Made by a program: the position numbers and the translations under genes
In this document: piece by piece, positions 1 through 9,153 of the stretch
How the letters are laid out: every line of letters starts with the position of its first letter
Position numbering within the stretch: the first letter of the stretch is position 1
The notes under the pieces: model-generated
Seen by the model: only the letters and a program-made list of their open reading frames with translations
Databases searched by the model: none
Told to the model about the DNA's origin: nothing
Assembly: GCA_963681965.1 (NCBI GenBank)
Contig: OY820579.1
Location: 3,072,001-3,136,000, forward strand
From: a bacterium
GTDB lineage: Bacteria; Electryoneota; JAOADG01
DNA length: 64,000 nt
Reading direction: 5' to 3'

Positions 1-735
1 TTCGAGATCACTGACAATAGTTCGAATAATTTTTCCGTCGCGAAACAACGGAATACTGGTAAATCGATCGACTTCCGCACAGATCGAAAGATCACTCTCC
101 ATACCGATACTCGTCAAATATTCACCATGTCGACAACCCGCAAGCATATTATTTAGATCGGTTCCGTAAACCATAGCCAGTGCCGATGCGGCTAACGCAC
201 CATCGGTGAAAATTGCATCGGACTGCTGCTCGGAAATCATATTCGCAATAAAACCGGCACATACTGCATCTTCGAGTGAAAATCGGTCCAATTTACCGGC
301 GCAAATGATTACGATATCACTGTTTTGATTCAGCAAAAATTGAACGGATGCCGAGAGATTAACAAAACTGGCAATGATCGATGCTTTGGCACTACGGGTC
401 TTCAATAAAGTTTTCGAACCGTTGGTTGAGGAAAATATAATCGTCTTTCCCTTTACGACATCTGGAGAATATTCGATCGGTGAATTACCTAAATCGAAAC
501 CGACGATTTTTTTCCCATCCCGTTCACCGCACAACAACAATGTCTCGCGCTCGAATTGCTGGGCTTTGTCCATCGCATCCGCCACCGATTCGGTGGGAAT
601 CACGGCACGAGCATTATGTTCCAAGGCATAGATAATCGATGTCGACGCACGAAGGACATCCACTACGGCAATTACACGATCCTTTATGCGTTCTTCAGTC
701 ACTTCCAATGGAATTAAACAGACATCGACTTTCAT
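1..735 (-). CDS. comB: 2-phosphosulfolactate phosphatase family protein (3' end runs off the window)
   Basis: Manual translation from ATG at 735: MKVDVCLIP...VVDVLRASTSI...LCGERDG...FDLGNSP...SSTNGS...FSLEDAVCAG, all ComB-family motifs; no stop before position 1. Not in the ORF track. Confidence 0.88.
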   Translation of the reverse strand, partial: MKVDVCLIPLEVTEERIKDRVIAVVDVLRASTSIIYALEHNARAVIPTESVADAMDKAQQFERETLLLCGERDGKKIVGFDLGNSPIEYSPDVVKGKTIIFSSTNGSKTLLKTRSAKASIIASFVNLSASVQFLLNQNSDIVIICAGKLDRFSLEDAVCAGFIANMISEQQSDAIFTDGALAASALAMVYGTDLNNMLAGCRHGEYLTSIGMESDLSICAEVDRFTSIPLFRDGKIIRTIVSDLE

Positions 736-835
736 AGACTCTCTTGCAGTAGTTGTATGAAATTAATTCGACAATGAATCGCTTGCTTCAAGATGAAGTA
801 AGAATCGATTGTGGTGGATTATTTCGACCGCGTTG

Positions 836-873
836 AAAAGAAGGGAAGTCGGCTTTTTACGACCGACCTCCCC
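836..873 (-). terminator. Probable intrinsic terminator after gcvT
   Basis: GGGAAGTCGG...CCGACCTCCC stem with an A-run on the + strand (U-run on the - strand), just past the gcvT stop. Confidence 0.55.
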
Positions 874-881
874 AAAATAAG

Positions 882-1988
882 TTAGTCTTTTTTGACGAAT
901 GGAACTTCGACTACAGTTGCTTTAATTGCCCGGTCGCGAACCACGATCTGGATTTCATTGCCAATCGCAGATTCATCTATTGTCACGTAACCAGTTCCAA
1001 TTCCCTTGTCGAGGGTCGGCGACCACATACCGCTGGTGGTAATACCAATAGTCATACCGGCTTTATTTCGAATTTCCATCGCCTGTCGCGGAACAGCGCG
1101 ACCTTCAACGATAAAGCCTACATTGGTTCGCGGAGTGACTTCAAGTTTTGCTTTCAAAATCGCATCGCGACCGGTAAAATCGCCTTTATTCAGTTTCACG
1201 ATCCAGCTTAATCCAGCTTCGATCGGATTGTGATAAGCATCGATTTCGTGTCCGTATAACGCGAATTTCATTTCCAACCGTAATGAATCGCGCGCTCCCA
1301 AACCGATCGGTTCGAGACCGAAATCCTTGCCATACTTCCACAATTCGTTCCAAACCTTAAGCGAATGTTCGACCGGGAAATAGAGTTCGTATCCCAATTC
1401 ACCAGTGTAGCCGGTTCGGGAAACAATACCGGGAATACCGGCGATTTGACCCGGTTGGCACCAATAGTACTTGATTGACGGAACATCGACATCGGTTAAT
1501 TTTTGAACCAATTCAGCCGATTTCGGACCCTGTACCGCTAGTAATGTATACGTGTCGCTCTTGTCTTCTAATTTCACACCATCCGCAGGAACGTGGGCTT
1601 TCAACCAAGCGAAATCCTTCTTAATGTTGGATGCGTTAACGACTAACATCACCCGGTCAGCGAGTCGATACACCAATAAATCGTCGACAAAACCACCATC
1701 CGGATAGCACAAGCCACTATACATCACTTGATTCAGTCCCAGTCCTTCGGCATTGTTGGTAACCATCGAATTCACCCACTGCAGCGCTTTCGGACCGGTG
1801 ACGATAAATTCACCCATGTGAGAGACATCGAAAACACCTACGCCTTTTCGAACGGCATGATGTTCCGCAAGAATTCCCTTTGAATAATTTACTGGCATTA
1901 GAAAACCAGCAAAATCAACCATTTTTCCACCGAGCGCAATGTGTTGGTCGGCTAGCGCCAAACGCCTGGGTTCACCGTGATTAGTCAT
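882..1988 (-). CDS. gcvT: Glycine cleavage system aminomethyltransferase T
   Basis: Motifs MVDFAGFLMP, EHHAVR, FDVSHMGE, SRTGYTGELGYE, GLGARDSLRLE. Confidence 0.97.
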   Translation of the reverse strand: MTNHGEPRRLALADQHIALGGKMVDFAGFLMPVNYSKGILAEHHAVRKGVGVFDVSHMGEFIVTGPKALQWVNSMVTNNAEGLGLNQVMYSGLCYPDGGFVDDLLVYRLADRVMLVVNASNIKKDFAWLKAHVPADGVKLEDKSDTYTLLAVQGPKSAELVQKLTDVDVPSIKYYWCQPGQIAGIPGIVSRTGYTGELGYELYFPVEHSLKVWNELWKYGKDFGLEPIGLGARDSLRLEMKFALYGHEIDAYHNPIEAGLSWIVKLNKGDFTGRDAILKAKLEVTPRTNVGFIVEGRAVPRQAMEIRNKAGMTIGITTSGMWSPTLDKGIGTGYVTIDESAIGNEIQIVVRDRAIKATVVEVPFVKKD

Positions 1989-2242
1989 TGAGTACTCCGT
2001 AGTTTTCTATCGGGGCAGTGAAGAATTGCCCTATCAGATATTGTACATATTGCAGGTTCGTGAATCGACCTGCTACGATTAGTAATACTGAGTTTTAAGT
2101 AGAAGTAGCATACACAACTGAGTAAAATACCTTTTTTTCTCATCTTGACCAAAGCACAGTTTTAGAATCAAAATGGCGACCGAAATCGCCATTTCACCTG
2201 AATCGATTTATACTAGTTCTCATGAGTGAGTTGTCATTGGTA

Positions 2243-2266
2243 GCAGGGGCGGATCCCATGTCCGCC
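2243..2266 (+). repeat. Isolated REP-like palindrome
   Basis: GCAGGGGCGGATCCCATGTCCGCC; resembles GTAGGAGCGGATCCCCTCATCCGCC at 29630 and GTGGGGTGGACCCCTTTGTCCGCCC at about 16856. Confidence 0.5.
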
Positions 2267-2331
2267 TTCAAGTAAGGCGAAGACACCGAATCATGACAAC
2301 TTCTTTTATAGCGTGACTTAAGTTCGATGCT

Positions 2332-2577
2332 TCACGTACGATTTGACCAAGCTGGAAGCTTCAACAATTGCTCTCTTGCCAATTCACGTGCGACCGATGC
2401 ATCTAATCCCTGTGTTTTTATAACAAAACCGGTCATACTGTCGAGTTTCTCTTCGAAATTCTGCATCGATCCATCCGGTTTAGCACAATAGATACAATAA
2501 TCTTTCGATGGATCACCTTGAGCGAATTGTTCTGTTCGCTCCATTGGCATCCCACAGGCAATACATTGTTTGGACAT
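2332..2577 (-). CDS. Small zinc-ribbon domain protein
   Basis: CIACGMP...DYCIYC and a C-terminal LxKLPAW, typical of the putative zinc-ribbon family often found beside regulators. Confidence 0.8.
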   Translation of the reverse strand: MSKQCIACGMPMERTEQFAQGDPSKDYCIYCAKPDGSMQNFEEKLDSMTGFVIKTQGLDASVARELAREQLLKLPAWSNRT

Positions 2578-2588
2578 AATCTTCTCCT

Positions 2589-3194
2589 TTAATTAACAGA
2601 TATTAACGACATATAATGGTCGATTAAATCACGACCGTAGCGCTCAATGACCGATTCATCCGGTGAAAATAGATTTTTGTTAATCAAATAATGATGTATT
2701 AATGCAATCCATGTATTGAATAACAAGTGTGGTGGAATTGCTTTCAAATTTCCTGATTTACAATCTTCTTCGAATACAATTTGGAGTCGATGCGAGATGG
2801 CAGATTGGATCCCCAAAAATGTATTTCGAACTGGAATCGGTAGTTGTGAAAACTCTTCGATGAGTCGGGAATAGAATGGTTCAACCTCTTTGAGGCATTG
2901 AAGATGAGCCTCTAGAACCCCTCGAACACCTACTGCCCAATCCCCTAGTTCACCAGATCGGTGAATGACGCGAGATCCAAATTCGTGAGTCACTTCGATC
3001 AATAATGCTTCCTTCGTCGGGAAATGTAGAAACAGTGTACCATGTGCCACTCCTGCAGCGCGAGCAATATTGATCGTTCGGCACTGCATTAGCCCCTTTT
3101 CCCCGAATACGCGATAAGCAGTATCAATAACTAATTTTCGAGTATCGCTTTTCCGGTCAAGACGAGTTTTTGGTGGAGTTTTCATATTGAGCAT
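2589..3194 (-). CDS. TetR/AcrR family transcriptional regulator
   Basis: N-terminal HTH: IARAAGVAHGTLFLHFPTKEALL. Confidence 0.92.
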   Translation of the reverse strand: MLNMKTPPKTRLDRKSDTRKLVIDTAYRVFGEKGLMQCRTINIARAAGVAHGTLFLHFPTKEALLIEVTHEFGSRVIHRSGELGDWAVGVRGVLEAHLQCLKEVEPFYSRLIEEFSQLPIPVRNTFLGIQSAISHRLQIVFEEDCKSGNLKAIPPHLLFNTWIALIHHYLINKNLFSPDESVIERYGRDLIDHYMSLISVN

Positions 3195-3374
3195 CTACTC
3201 ACTGAGTTACCGCTCATTATAACAAAAAAATTAGTCATTGTCAAGCATAACAGCCCTTTAGTATAAGAAATTGAATTTTTTTACTGTGAATAAGCTAGAA
3301 ATAGCAGGAAAAAAAAGTTCAATATTGATTTATCGGTATTTATATATTTCTTGTACGGACAAATTCAGAATGGA

Positions 3375-4448
3375 TTAGTTCTTCTGTTTCCCAAAAACCA
3401 CAAAATTCCAAACGCCTTTCAGAAAACCGCTACCGTACGCTAAATGGTATGTTGCAAACACAGCCGGGAAGATCGGTAAATACTTCAACCCATGTTTTAC
3501 TGCGAGCTGTATCGATGCCAGAATGGATGCACTCAGATATGCGAATGTTGAAAGTCCAAAAATTCCCAGCCAGATTTGTCCAATGATCGATGTGGTTGGA
3601 CTTTCCACCAATTGACCAAGAATTAGAGATAAAAGTCCAATCAATAAACTAGCGACCTCAACCAAAACAAATGTACCGGGGACAACGTGTCGAATCGATG
3701 TCGGTCGGGAATGTTTCTGAATTACTCGAATTTTCCAATAACCATATTCAAAATATTGCTTCCACAGTTTCGATAACGGTGTTCTGGGAGTGTAGAAACT
3801 TTTCATCCGTGGTGTCTGCCAGATCTTGCCACCACTCTTTAGCAGTCGGTAATTGAATTCATCATCCTGATTCCGGATCAATTCCTCATCAAACATGCCA
3901 ATTCTGGTAAATACGTCGCGATGATACACTCCACCGAACGTAGTTTCGGCGTACCCTTCAAAATTAATATCGTGCCATTGCGCTCCCCCCATCCCGAAAA
4001 ATGAATTGTGCGCAAACCCGATTGCCTTTTGTAAAGTTGTGTTTCCGACGGCAATCATCGAACCACCTACATCGTCGGCACCAGTTTCCTCACGAACCAG
4101 AATCGCTTGATATAAATAATCTTCGGAGTAACTACTGTGCGCTCCCATGATTGCGATCAATTCGCCACGAGCAGCGCGTATACCAGCGTTAAAAGCAAAA
4201 GGAGTATACCGATCGGGGTTATCGATCAATCGAATTCGAGAATCCTGCTTGATCAACACTTCGACGATGGAGCGAGTTCGATCAGTAGATCGACCGTCGA
4301 CAATTAGTAGTTCAAAGCCACCTTCAGGTTCTCGTTGCATCAAGACTGATCGAATCGAATTTTCGATAAACTTCTCTTCGTTGTATGTCGGCATGATTAC
4401 CGAGATTTTCGGAGGGTGATTTTCGATCAAATTGCCTTGCAATGCCAT
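3375..4448 (-). CDS. Glycosyltransferase family 2 (ExoA-like)
   Basis: ISVIMPTYNEE, VDGRSTDRT, RNQDDEFNYRL, QYFEYGYWK, and C-terminal TM helices. Confidence 0.92.
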   Translation of the reverse strand: MALQGNLIENHPPKISVIMPTYNEEKFIENSIRSVLMQREPEGGFELLIVDGRSTDRTRSIVEVLIKQDSRIRLIDNPDRYTPFAFNAGIRAARGELIAIMGAHSSYSEDYLYQAILVREETGADDVGGSMIAVGNTTLQKAIGFAHNSFFGMGGAQWHDINFEGYAETTFGGVYHRDVFTRIGMFDEELIRNQDDEFNYRLLKSGGKIWQTPRMKSFYTPRTPLSKLWKQYFEYGYWKIRVIQKHSRPTSIRHVVPGTFVLVEVASLLIGLLSLILGQLVESPTTSIIGQIWLGIFGLSTFAYLSASILASIQLAVKHGLKYLPIFPAVFATYHLAYGSGFLKGVWNFVVFGKQKN

Positions 4449-4507
4449 TACTATCCCTTATGAGTGCAGCTCTTCGTCCTGATAAATATTGAGTGTACTG
4501 AATCGTA

Positions 4508-5932
4508 TCAATCAATTGTTTTGAGAATTACCCGCTCGCGAGCTTGCCAGTATTCCACTAATTCCGTCGCAGTTGTCCACCAAATATCCGAGTCTCTGAA
4601 CAATGGAACAACGATTTCTTTGAATTTATCGATATACCTGCTATATCTATAGTCGTTGACAGCAGTCTCTTGGTGCCAATTGAATACGGATGTACCACCG
4701 ATCTGTCGATTTTGCTCGATAATGGATTGTGCTACTTCTTCGGCTTCGTCCTCTGAAACCATCCCTTCAAAGAATTGAACATCCATCATTTGCATCGGTA
4801 ATTCCCAGAAATCGATCCGCTTGCCGGATACAATATCAATCGGTCGATAAGGCAAAGATGTGCCGGATCGGTAACCCGACAAATCTCGCCATGCGATCGA
4901 GGAATCATACAGATATCCTGCTGCCATGTGGGCTTTGAAAGTTTCGATCGGATCGTCCCAATTCACAGCAAGATAATGATGTCTCACACCAGTAATCGGT
5001 AATTCAAGCATTCGCTCGATTTCCGATTTGGCGGATTGTAGACCATTCGAGATATACCGGGTCATGAGTGATGGATGAGCACCGATTTCCCATCTTTCAG
5101 TGACCATTTGGTGAAGTAATGTCCACCGATTGTCACGCCGTCCTAACGATGATCGACAATCCCTACTTTCAAATGGAATGCCAAGTGGTCGGATGTAAAC
5201 ATAGAACGTACTTCTTACATTATTCAGCCGTTCAAAATCGAACCACCATTGAAATCCATCGAGTGGGTTACCCTTCGATCGACCTAACCAAACCAATCCA
5301 TCACGCATCATTCTTAAATCGATCGGATTGCGCTTAAGCAATCCTTTGAGACCATTGGCAGCGATCTCAAGCATTCCACCCAAGTTTACAGCATCGACGT
5401 CATGTGAGAGAACCGCTGCTTGTTTTTTTCCGTCTTTCCAGCGAGGAATTGATTCTGAAAATAACTTCGGAAACTGCTTTTCACATTCGAATTTAAGCCA
5501 ATCCGCCATCAATTCGACTAGCGGTAGATGCGGATCGCGCTTCAGCTCATCGGGTAAATCACGGACCAAAAATAACCCTCTTGCATCGCGGAGCGATTCG
5601 GGAATCTGTTTCTCATCGAGCAGTGTTAACAGACGAAACGATCCACCCACGATATCGGGCAGTGCATTTGATTCAGTACGGGCGACCCCCCAATATTGAC
5701 GGTCTCCTCTATTAAAAATGGCGCAATTGGTCTCAGGTTGATAAAGTTTTTCGTCGCAGGAAATTAGAACAAAGGATTGATTGTTAAGAGAAGAACTACC
5801 ATAAACGATGTGAGGTTGATCCGATTCCGAAACGAATTGTACTCCTACTCCCCACCGAAGTGCGAATTCGATAAATATTGATCTCGCACACTCTCGTAAT
5901 TGAGATGGAACATTCAGAAATACTCGAATCAA
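4508..5932 (-). CDS. Polysaccharide deacetylase-like (NodB fold) protein of the polysaccharide cluster
   Basis: LSHDVD, EIGAHPS, GVRHHYL, YDSS, GYRSGTSLPY, ELPMQMMD, NWH motifs. Confidence 0.8.
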   Translation of the reverse strand: MIRVFLNVPSQLRECARSIFIEFALRWGVGVQFVSESDQPHIVYGSSSLNNQSFVLISCDEKLYQPETNCAIFNRGDRQYWGVARTESNALPDIVGGSFRLLTLLDEKQIPESLRDARGLFLVRDLPDELKRDPHLPLVELMADWLKFECEKQFPKLFSESIPRWKDGKKQAAVLSHDVDAVNLGGMLEIAANGLKGLLKRNPIDLRMMRDGLVWLGRSKGNPLDGFQWWFDFERLNNVRSTFYVYIRPLGIPFESRDCRSSLGRRDNRWTLLHQMVTERWEIGAHPSLMTRYISNGLQSAKSEIERMLELPITGVRHHYLAVNWDDPIETFKAHMAAGYLYDSSIAWRDLSGYRSGTSLPYRPIDIVSGKRIDFWELPMQMMDVQFFEGMVSEDEAEEVAQSIIEQNRQIGGTSVFNWHQETAVNDYRYSRYIDKFKEIVVPLFRDSDIWWTTATELVEYWQARERVILKTID

Positions 5933-6012
5933 GCAACACTCTCACGTTAAATGTTTAATAGTATTTTATTCGAGCAGAGTAGTGGTATTGAATTGTGAAT
6001 GACAACGGTAAT

Positions 6013-6060
6013 ATCATACCCCGGTTACTCAATGCATTACTTGAGTATCCGGGGTATGAT
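6013..6060. terminator. Long (about 20 bp) inverted repeat; terminator or mRNA-stabilising hairpin
   Basis: ATCATACCCCGGTTACTCAA-N8-TTGAGTATCCGGGGTATGAT (one mismatch), just past the DegT stop. Confidence 0.6.
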
Positions 6061-6069
6061 TACAGGAAT

Positions 6070-7182
6070 TTACTTATGCGACGTAAAAAAGGCTTTGATC
6101 GCATTAACCGTCGTAATGATGTGATCCTCTGTCATTTCAGGGAATAACGGTAACGAAAGCTCTTCTTCCTGATGCGCGTAAGCAAAGGGAAAATCAGCAA
6201 TCGTTGAATTCAAATAGGAATAAGCTTCGAGAAATGGGAGTGCAGTTGGATAATGAACGGCAGTCTCGATACCGTTATCGGCAAGATACTTCTGAAGCTG
6301 ATTCCGAACTGAGGTCTTGATCCCGAAGATATGATGAGTGTGAATCGAATTGGGTCTAATATTCGGGATGCAAATCTCCTCGACATCTTTCAACAAATCC
6401 CGATAACGATCTGCATGTTGTCGTCGAAGATTGTTCCATTTCGGAAGATGCGGAAGTTTTACACTCAGAATGGCTGCTTGTAATCCATCGAGTCGGCTGT
6501 TAATTCCTTCGATCCGATGTTGGTGCTTTACGATTTGCCCGTGATTGGCAAGCATTCGACAATTCTCTGCCAGTTTGTCGTCATTCGTCACAATACAACC
6601 AGCATCACCGTAAGCACCTAAATTCTTGCCCGGATAAAAACTGAATGTTCCAGCAATACCCATCGTCCCGGCTAATCTGCCATTAAAAGCGGAAAAATGC
6701 GATTGTGCACAATCTTCAACCACGAATAAATGGTGCTTATCTGCGATCGCGAGAATTTGATCCATTGCCGCCATCTGACCATATAGATGAACGGGAATAA
6801 TGGCTTTGGTACGATCGGTAATTACTGCTTCGATATTGGTCTCGTCGATGGTAAAATGCACGGGATCGATATCGACAAATACTGGTTTTGCACCGGTTAG
6901 ACTAATCGTTTCAGAAGTAGCGATCCAACTAGAAGCAGTGGTAATCACTTCGTCGCCGGCACCGATTCCGAGCATCTTCAACGCGATAAAGATTGCATCG
7001 GTACCATTGGCAACACCGATACAGTGCTTCATCCCGATCGTTGACGCAAATTGAGTTTCAAACTCTTTTACATATTTGCCTTTGATGAAAGCACATTCTT
7101 CAATAACGGAATGAATCGCGTGATCGATATCTTGCTTGATCGTTAAATACTGTGCATGTAAATCGACAAATGGGACGTGCAT
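6070..7182 (-). CDS. DegT/DnrJ/EryC1/StrS sugar aminotransferase (WbpE/WlbC-like)
   Basis: VANGTDA, IIPVHLYGQ, VEDCAQS, FSFYPGKNLGAYGDAG, NSRLDGLQAA. Confidence 0.95.
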   Translation of the reverse strand: MHVPFVDLHAQYLTIKQDIDHAIHSVIEECAFIKGKYVKEFETQFASTIGMKHCIGVANGTDAIFIALKMLGIGAGDEVITTASSWIATSETISLTGAKPVFVDIDPVHFTIDETNIEAVITDRTKAIIPVHLYGQMAAMDQILAIADKHHLFVVEDCAQSHFSAFNGRLAGTMGIAGTFSFYPGKNLGAYGDAGCIVTNDDKLAENCRMLANHGQIVKHQHRIEGINSRLDGLQAAILSVKLPHLPKWNNLRRQHADRYRDLLKDVEEICIPNIRPNSIHTHHIFGIKTSVRNQLQKYLADNGIETAVHYPTALPFLEAYSYLNSTIADFPFAYAHQEEELSLPLFPEMTEDHIITTVNAIKAFFTSHK

Positions 7183-7195
7183 AAATCCTCAGACG

Positions 7196-7660
7196 TTAAA
7201 TATTGCGAATTTTCTTTGCAGGATTACCGGCATAAATTCCTGGTTCCAGAATATCTTTAGTGACCACCGAACCGGCTCCGATCACGACATTGTCGGCTAT
7301 CTTTACCGGTAATATTGTGGAATTCGTGCCAATCGATACATGGTTTCCGATCTCAGTCGATTTCCATTTCGACTTATCGCCACCTGCTGGACCACCTTTG
7401 TTGAAAGTATCGTTGATGAACATAGCGCCGTGCGAAATGAAACAGTTCTCGCCGATATTGACCAAATCGCAGATAAACGCATGAGATTGAACTTTTGTAT
7501 TAGCGCCGATCTTAGCGCCTCGTTGAATCTCCACAAACGGACCGATAAAACAATTGTCGCCGATCGAACAGCCGTATAAATTTACCGGTGAAACAATCTT
7601 CACATTTTCGCCAAATTCAACGTCGACGATACCATTCGGAAAGATTTTTGGTTCAGCCAT
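7196..7660 (-). CDS. Hexapeptide-repeat N-acetyltransferase (WbpD/WlbB-like)
   Basis: Left-handed beta-helix hexapeptides; VIGAGSVVTKD...YAGNPA. Confidence 0.9.
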   Translation of the reverse strand: MAEPKIFPNGIVDVEFGENVKIVSPVNLYGCSIGDNCFIGPFVEIQRGAKIGANTKVQSHAFICDLVNIGENCFISHGAMFINDTFNKGGPAGGDKSKWKSTEIGNHVSIGTNSTILPVKIADNVVIGAGSVVTKDILEPGIYAGNPAKKIRNI

Positions 7661-8663
7661 TTTGCGCAGCCCTGTAAATTTTATCGATTATTTCGACTGT
7701 TTTCAATCCTTCAATACCGACCGTTCCAATTACTCCGCCATTCAACAAAACATCGCGGACATTTTGGTATACTTTATCATGATTGGACATCGATCCGACA
7801 TAGTTACCGTAATTATTCGGGGGATTTCCCTCGGGCAATCCTTCGATCCGATAATTCTCGATCTCCTGATATTCCAATTCATTGAGATATTGCCCGCCGA
7901 CTTTTACTGTCCCTTTTTCACCGAAAACAGTCAAGGAACCTTCCATGTTTTTCTTGAATGCATTAATCGAAAAATTGATCGTTCCAATTACACCATTGTA
8001 AAATTCGACAATAGCAACTCCTTCGTCCTCGAACTCGACTGTATCCTGATGTATCCGATTGTTGATATACGACTTAACATTCTTGATATCGCCGATCATC
8101 CAATATAGCAAGTCAATAAAGTGACTGAATTGAGTATAGAGTGTGCCGCCATCCAGTTTTCGAGTCCCTTTCCAATCGTCTTGAAAATATGCCGGACCGC
8201 GATTCCAGTAACAGTTCAACTGAATGCTTAATATTTGTCCTAATTTTCCCTCGTCGATCGCTTTTTTCAAGGCTTCAACAGGTGGATTATAACGATTTTG
8301 TTTTACGATAAAGAGGCGTTTGTTGGCAGTCTCGGCGGTTTTAATCATTTCAACGCAATCATGTACTTGAATCGCCATTGGTTTTTCACAGAGGACATGA
8401 AAACCAGATTTAAGCGCTTTTATTGAATGCGCAGCATGTAATCCATTCGGTGTACAGATGGATATGACGTCAATCGATTTTTCGGATTCGAGCATATCTT
8501 CGAGTTTTGAATATGCTTTACTTGAATATTGTTGTGCCAATTTCTCCGCACGGTCTGGAATGATGTCGCAAACAGCAACCAATTCACCAAATTGCGCCGC
8601 CCATTGCGCGTGACGCTGTGCGATTCGACCACAACCAATCAATCCGAATTTTAATTTTTCCAC
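7653..8663 (-). CDS. Gfo/Idh/MocA oxidoreductase (WbpB/WlbA-like sugar 3-dehydrogenase)
   Basis: GLIGCGRIA, ICTPNGLH, CEKPMA, VKQNRYNP, TQFSHFIDLL. GTG start at 8663 with a GGAG RBS preferred over 8708. Confidence 0.9.
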   Translation of the reverse strand: MEKLKFGLIGCGRIAQRHAQWAAQFGELVAVCDIIPDRAEKLAQQYSSKAYSKLEDMLESEKSIDVISICTPNGLHAAHSIKALKSGFHVLCEKPMAIQVHDCVEMIKTAETANKRLFIVKQNRYNPPVEALKKAIDEGKLGQILSIQLNCYWNRGPAYFQDDWKGTRKLDGGTLYTQFSHFIDLLYWMIGDIKNVKSYINNRIHQDTVEFEDEGVAIVEFYNGVIGTINFSINAFKKNMEGSLTVFGEKGTVKVGGQYLNELEYQEIENYRIEGLPEGNPPNNYGNYVGSMSNHDKVYQNVRDVLLNGGVIGTVGIEGLKTVEIIDKIYRAAQNG

Positions 8664-9099
8664 GATATTAATCTCCAAATTTCCGATATAATATTGAAAT
8701 TCCAGCACAAACTCACTAAGAAGTACCGATTGTCAATCAATTCGACAACACATGACTCTTAGATTTTGATTTCGGTGAGAAATAACAAAGAACCGATGCA
8801 GACTACTCGCTGGAATTGGCAATATTGTGCCATTGTTTCACATGAATATCCAAACGTATCGAAAAAAAAACCGTTCGGCAACTCGTTTCGATTTGATAAT
8901 TGTCTGCTAAATTTGTGTGAAAATGCACATTATTTCAATGTTTTCAAGTCCAAACAACATTCGATCGATTATTGTAATCTAATATTTATTATATAATTAG
9001 AGATTTTCAGTAATCACTTTCCAACGATCTTGTTATGATATTCACAACAATAAATTAAATTAGCTAATGATAATAACCAATATGGTTGTATTCTATGAT

Positions 9100-9131
9100 T
9101 CGACCCTGAAGCAATAGCACTTCAGGGTCGA
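9100..9131. terminator. Hairpin terminator after the repeat-protein gene
   Basis: TCGACCCTGAAG-N8-CTTCAGGGTCGA, a perfect 12-bp stem. Confidence 0.65.
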
Positions 9132-9153
9132 TTATCCTAAATAATCAATGAAT

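Noticed and set aside
1989-2330. Glycine riboswitch upstream of gcvT
   Set aside because: Two small hairpins are present, but the GGAGA...CCGAAG...CTCTCAGG core is not.
9030-9047. Rex-like box TTGTTAT-N4-TTCACAA upstream of the sugar-pathway genes
   Set aside because: It lies in very AT-rich DNA about 370 bp from the start and has no clear physiological link, so it is probably chance.
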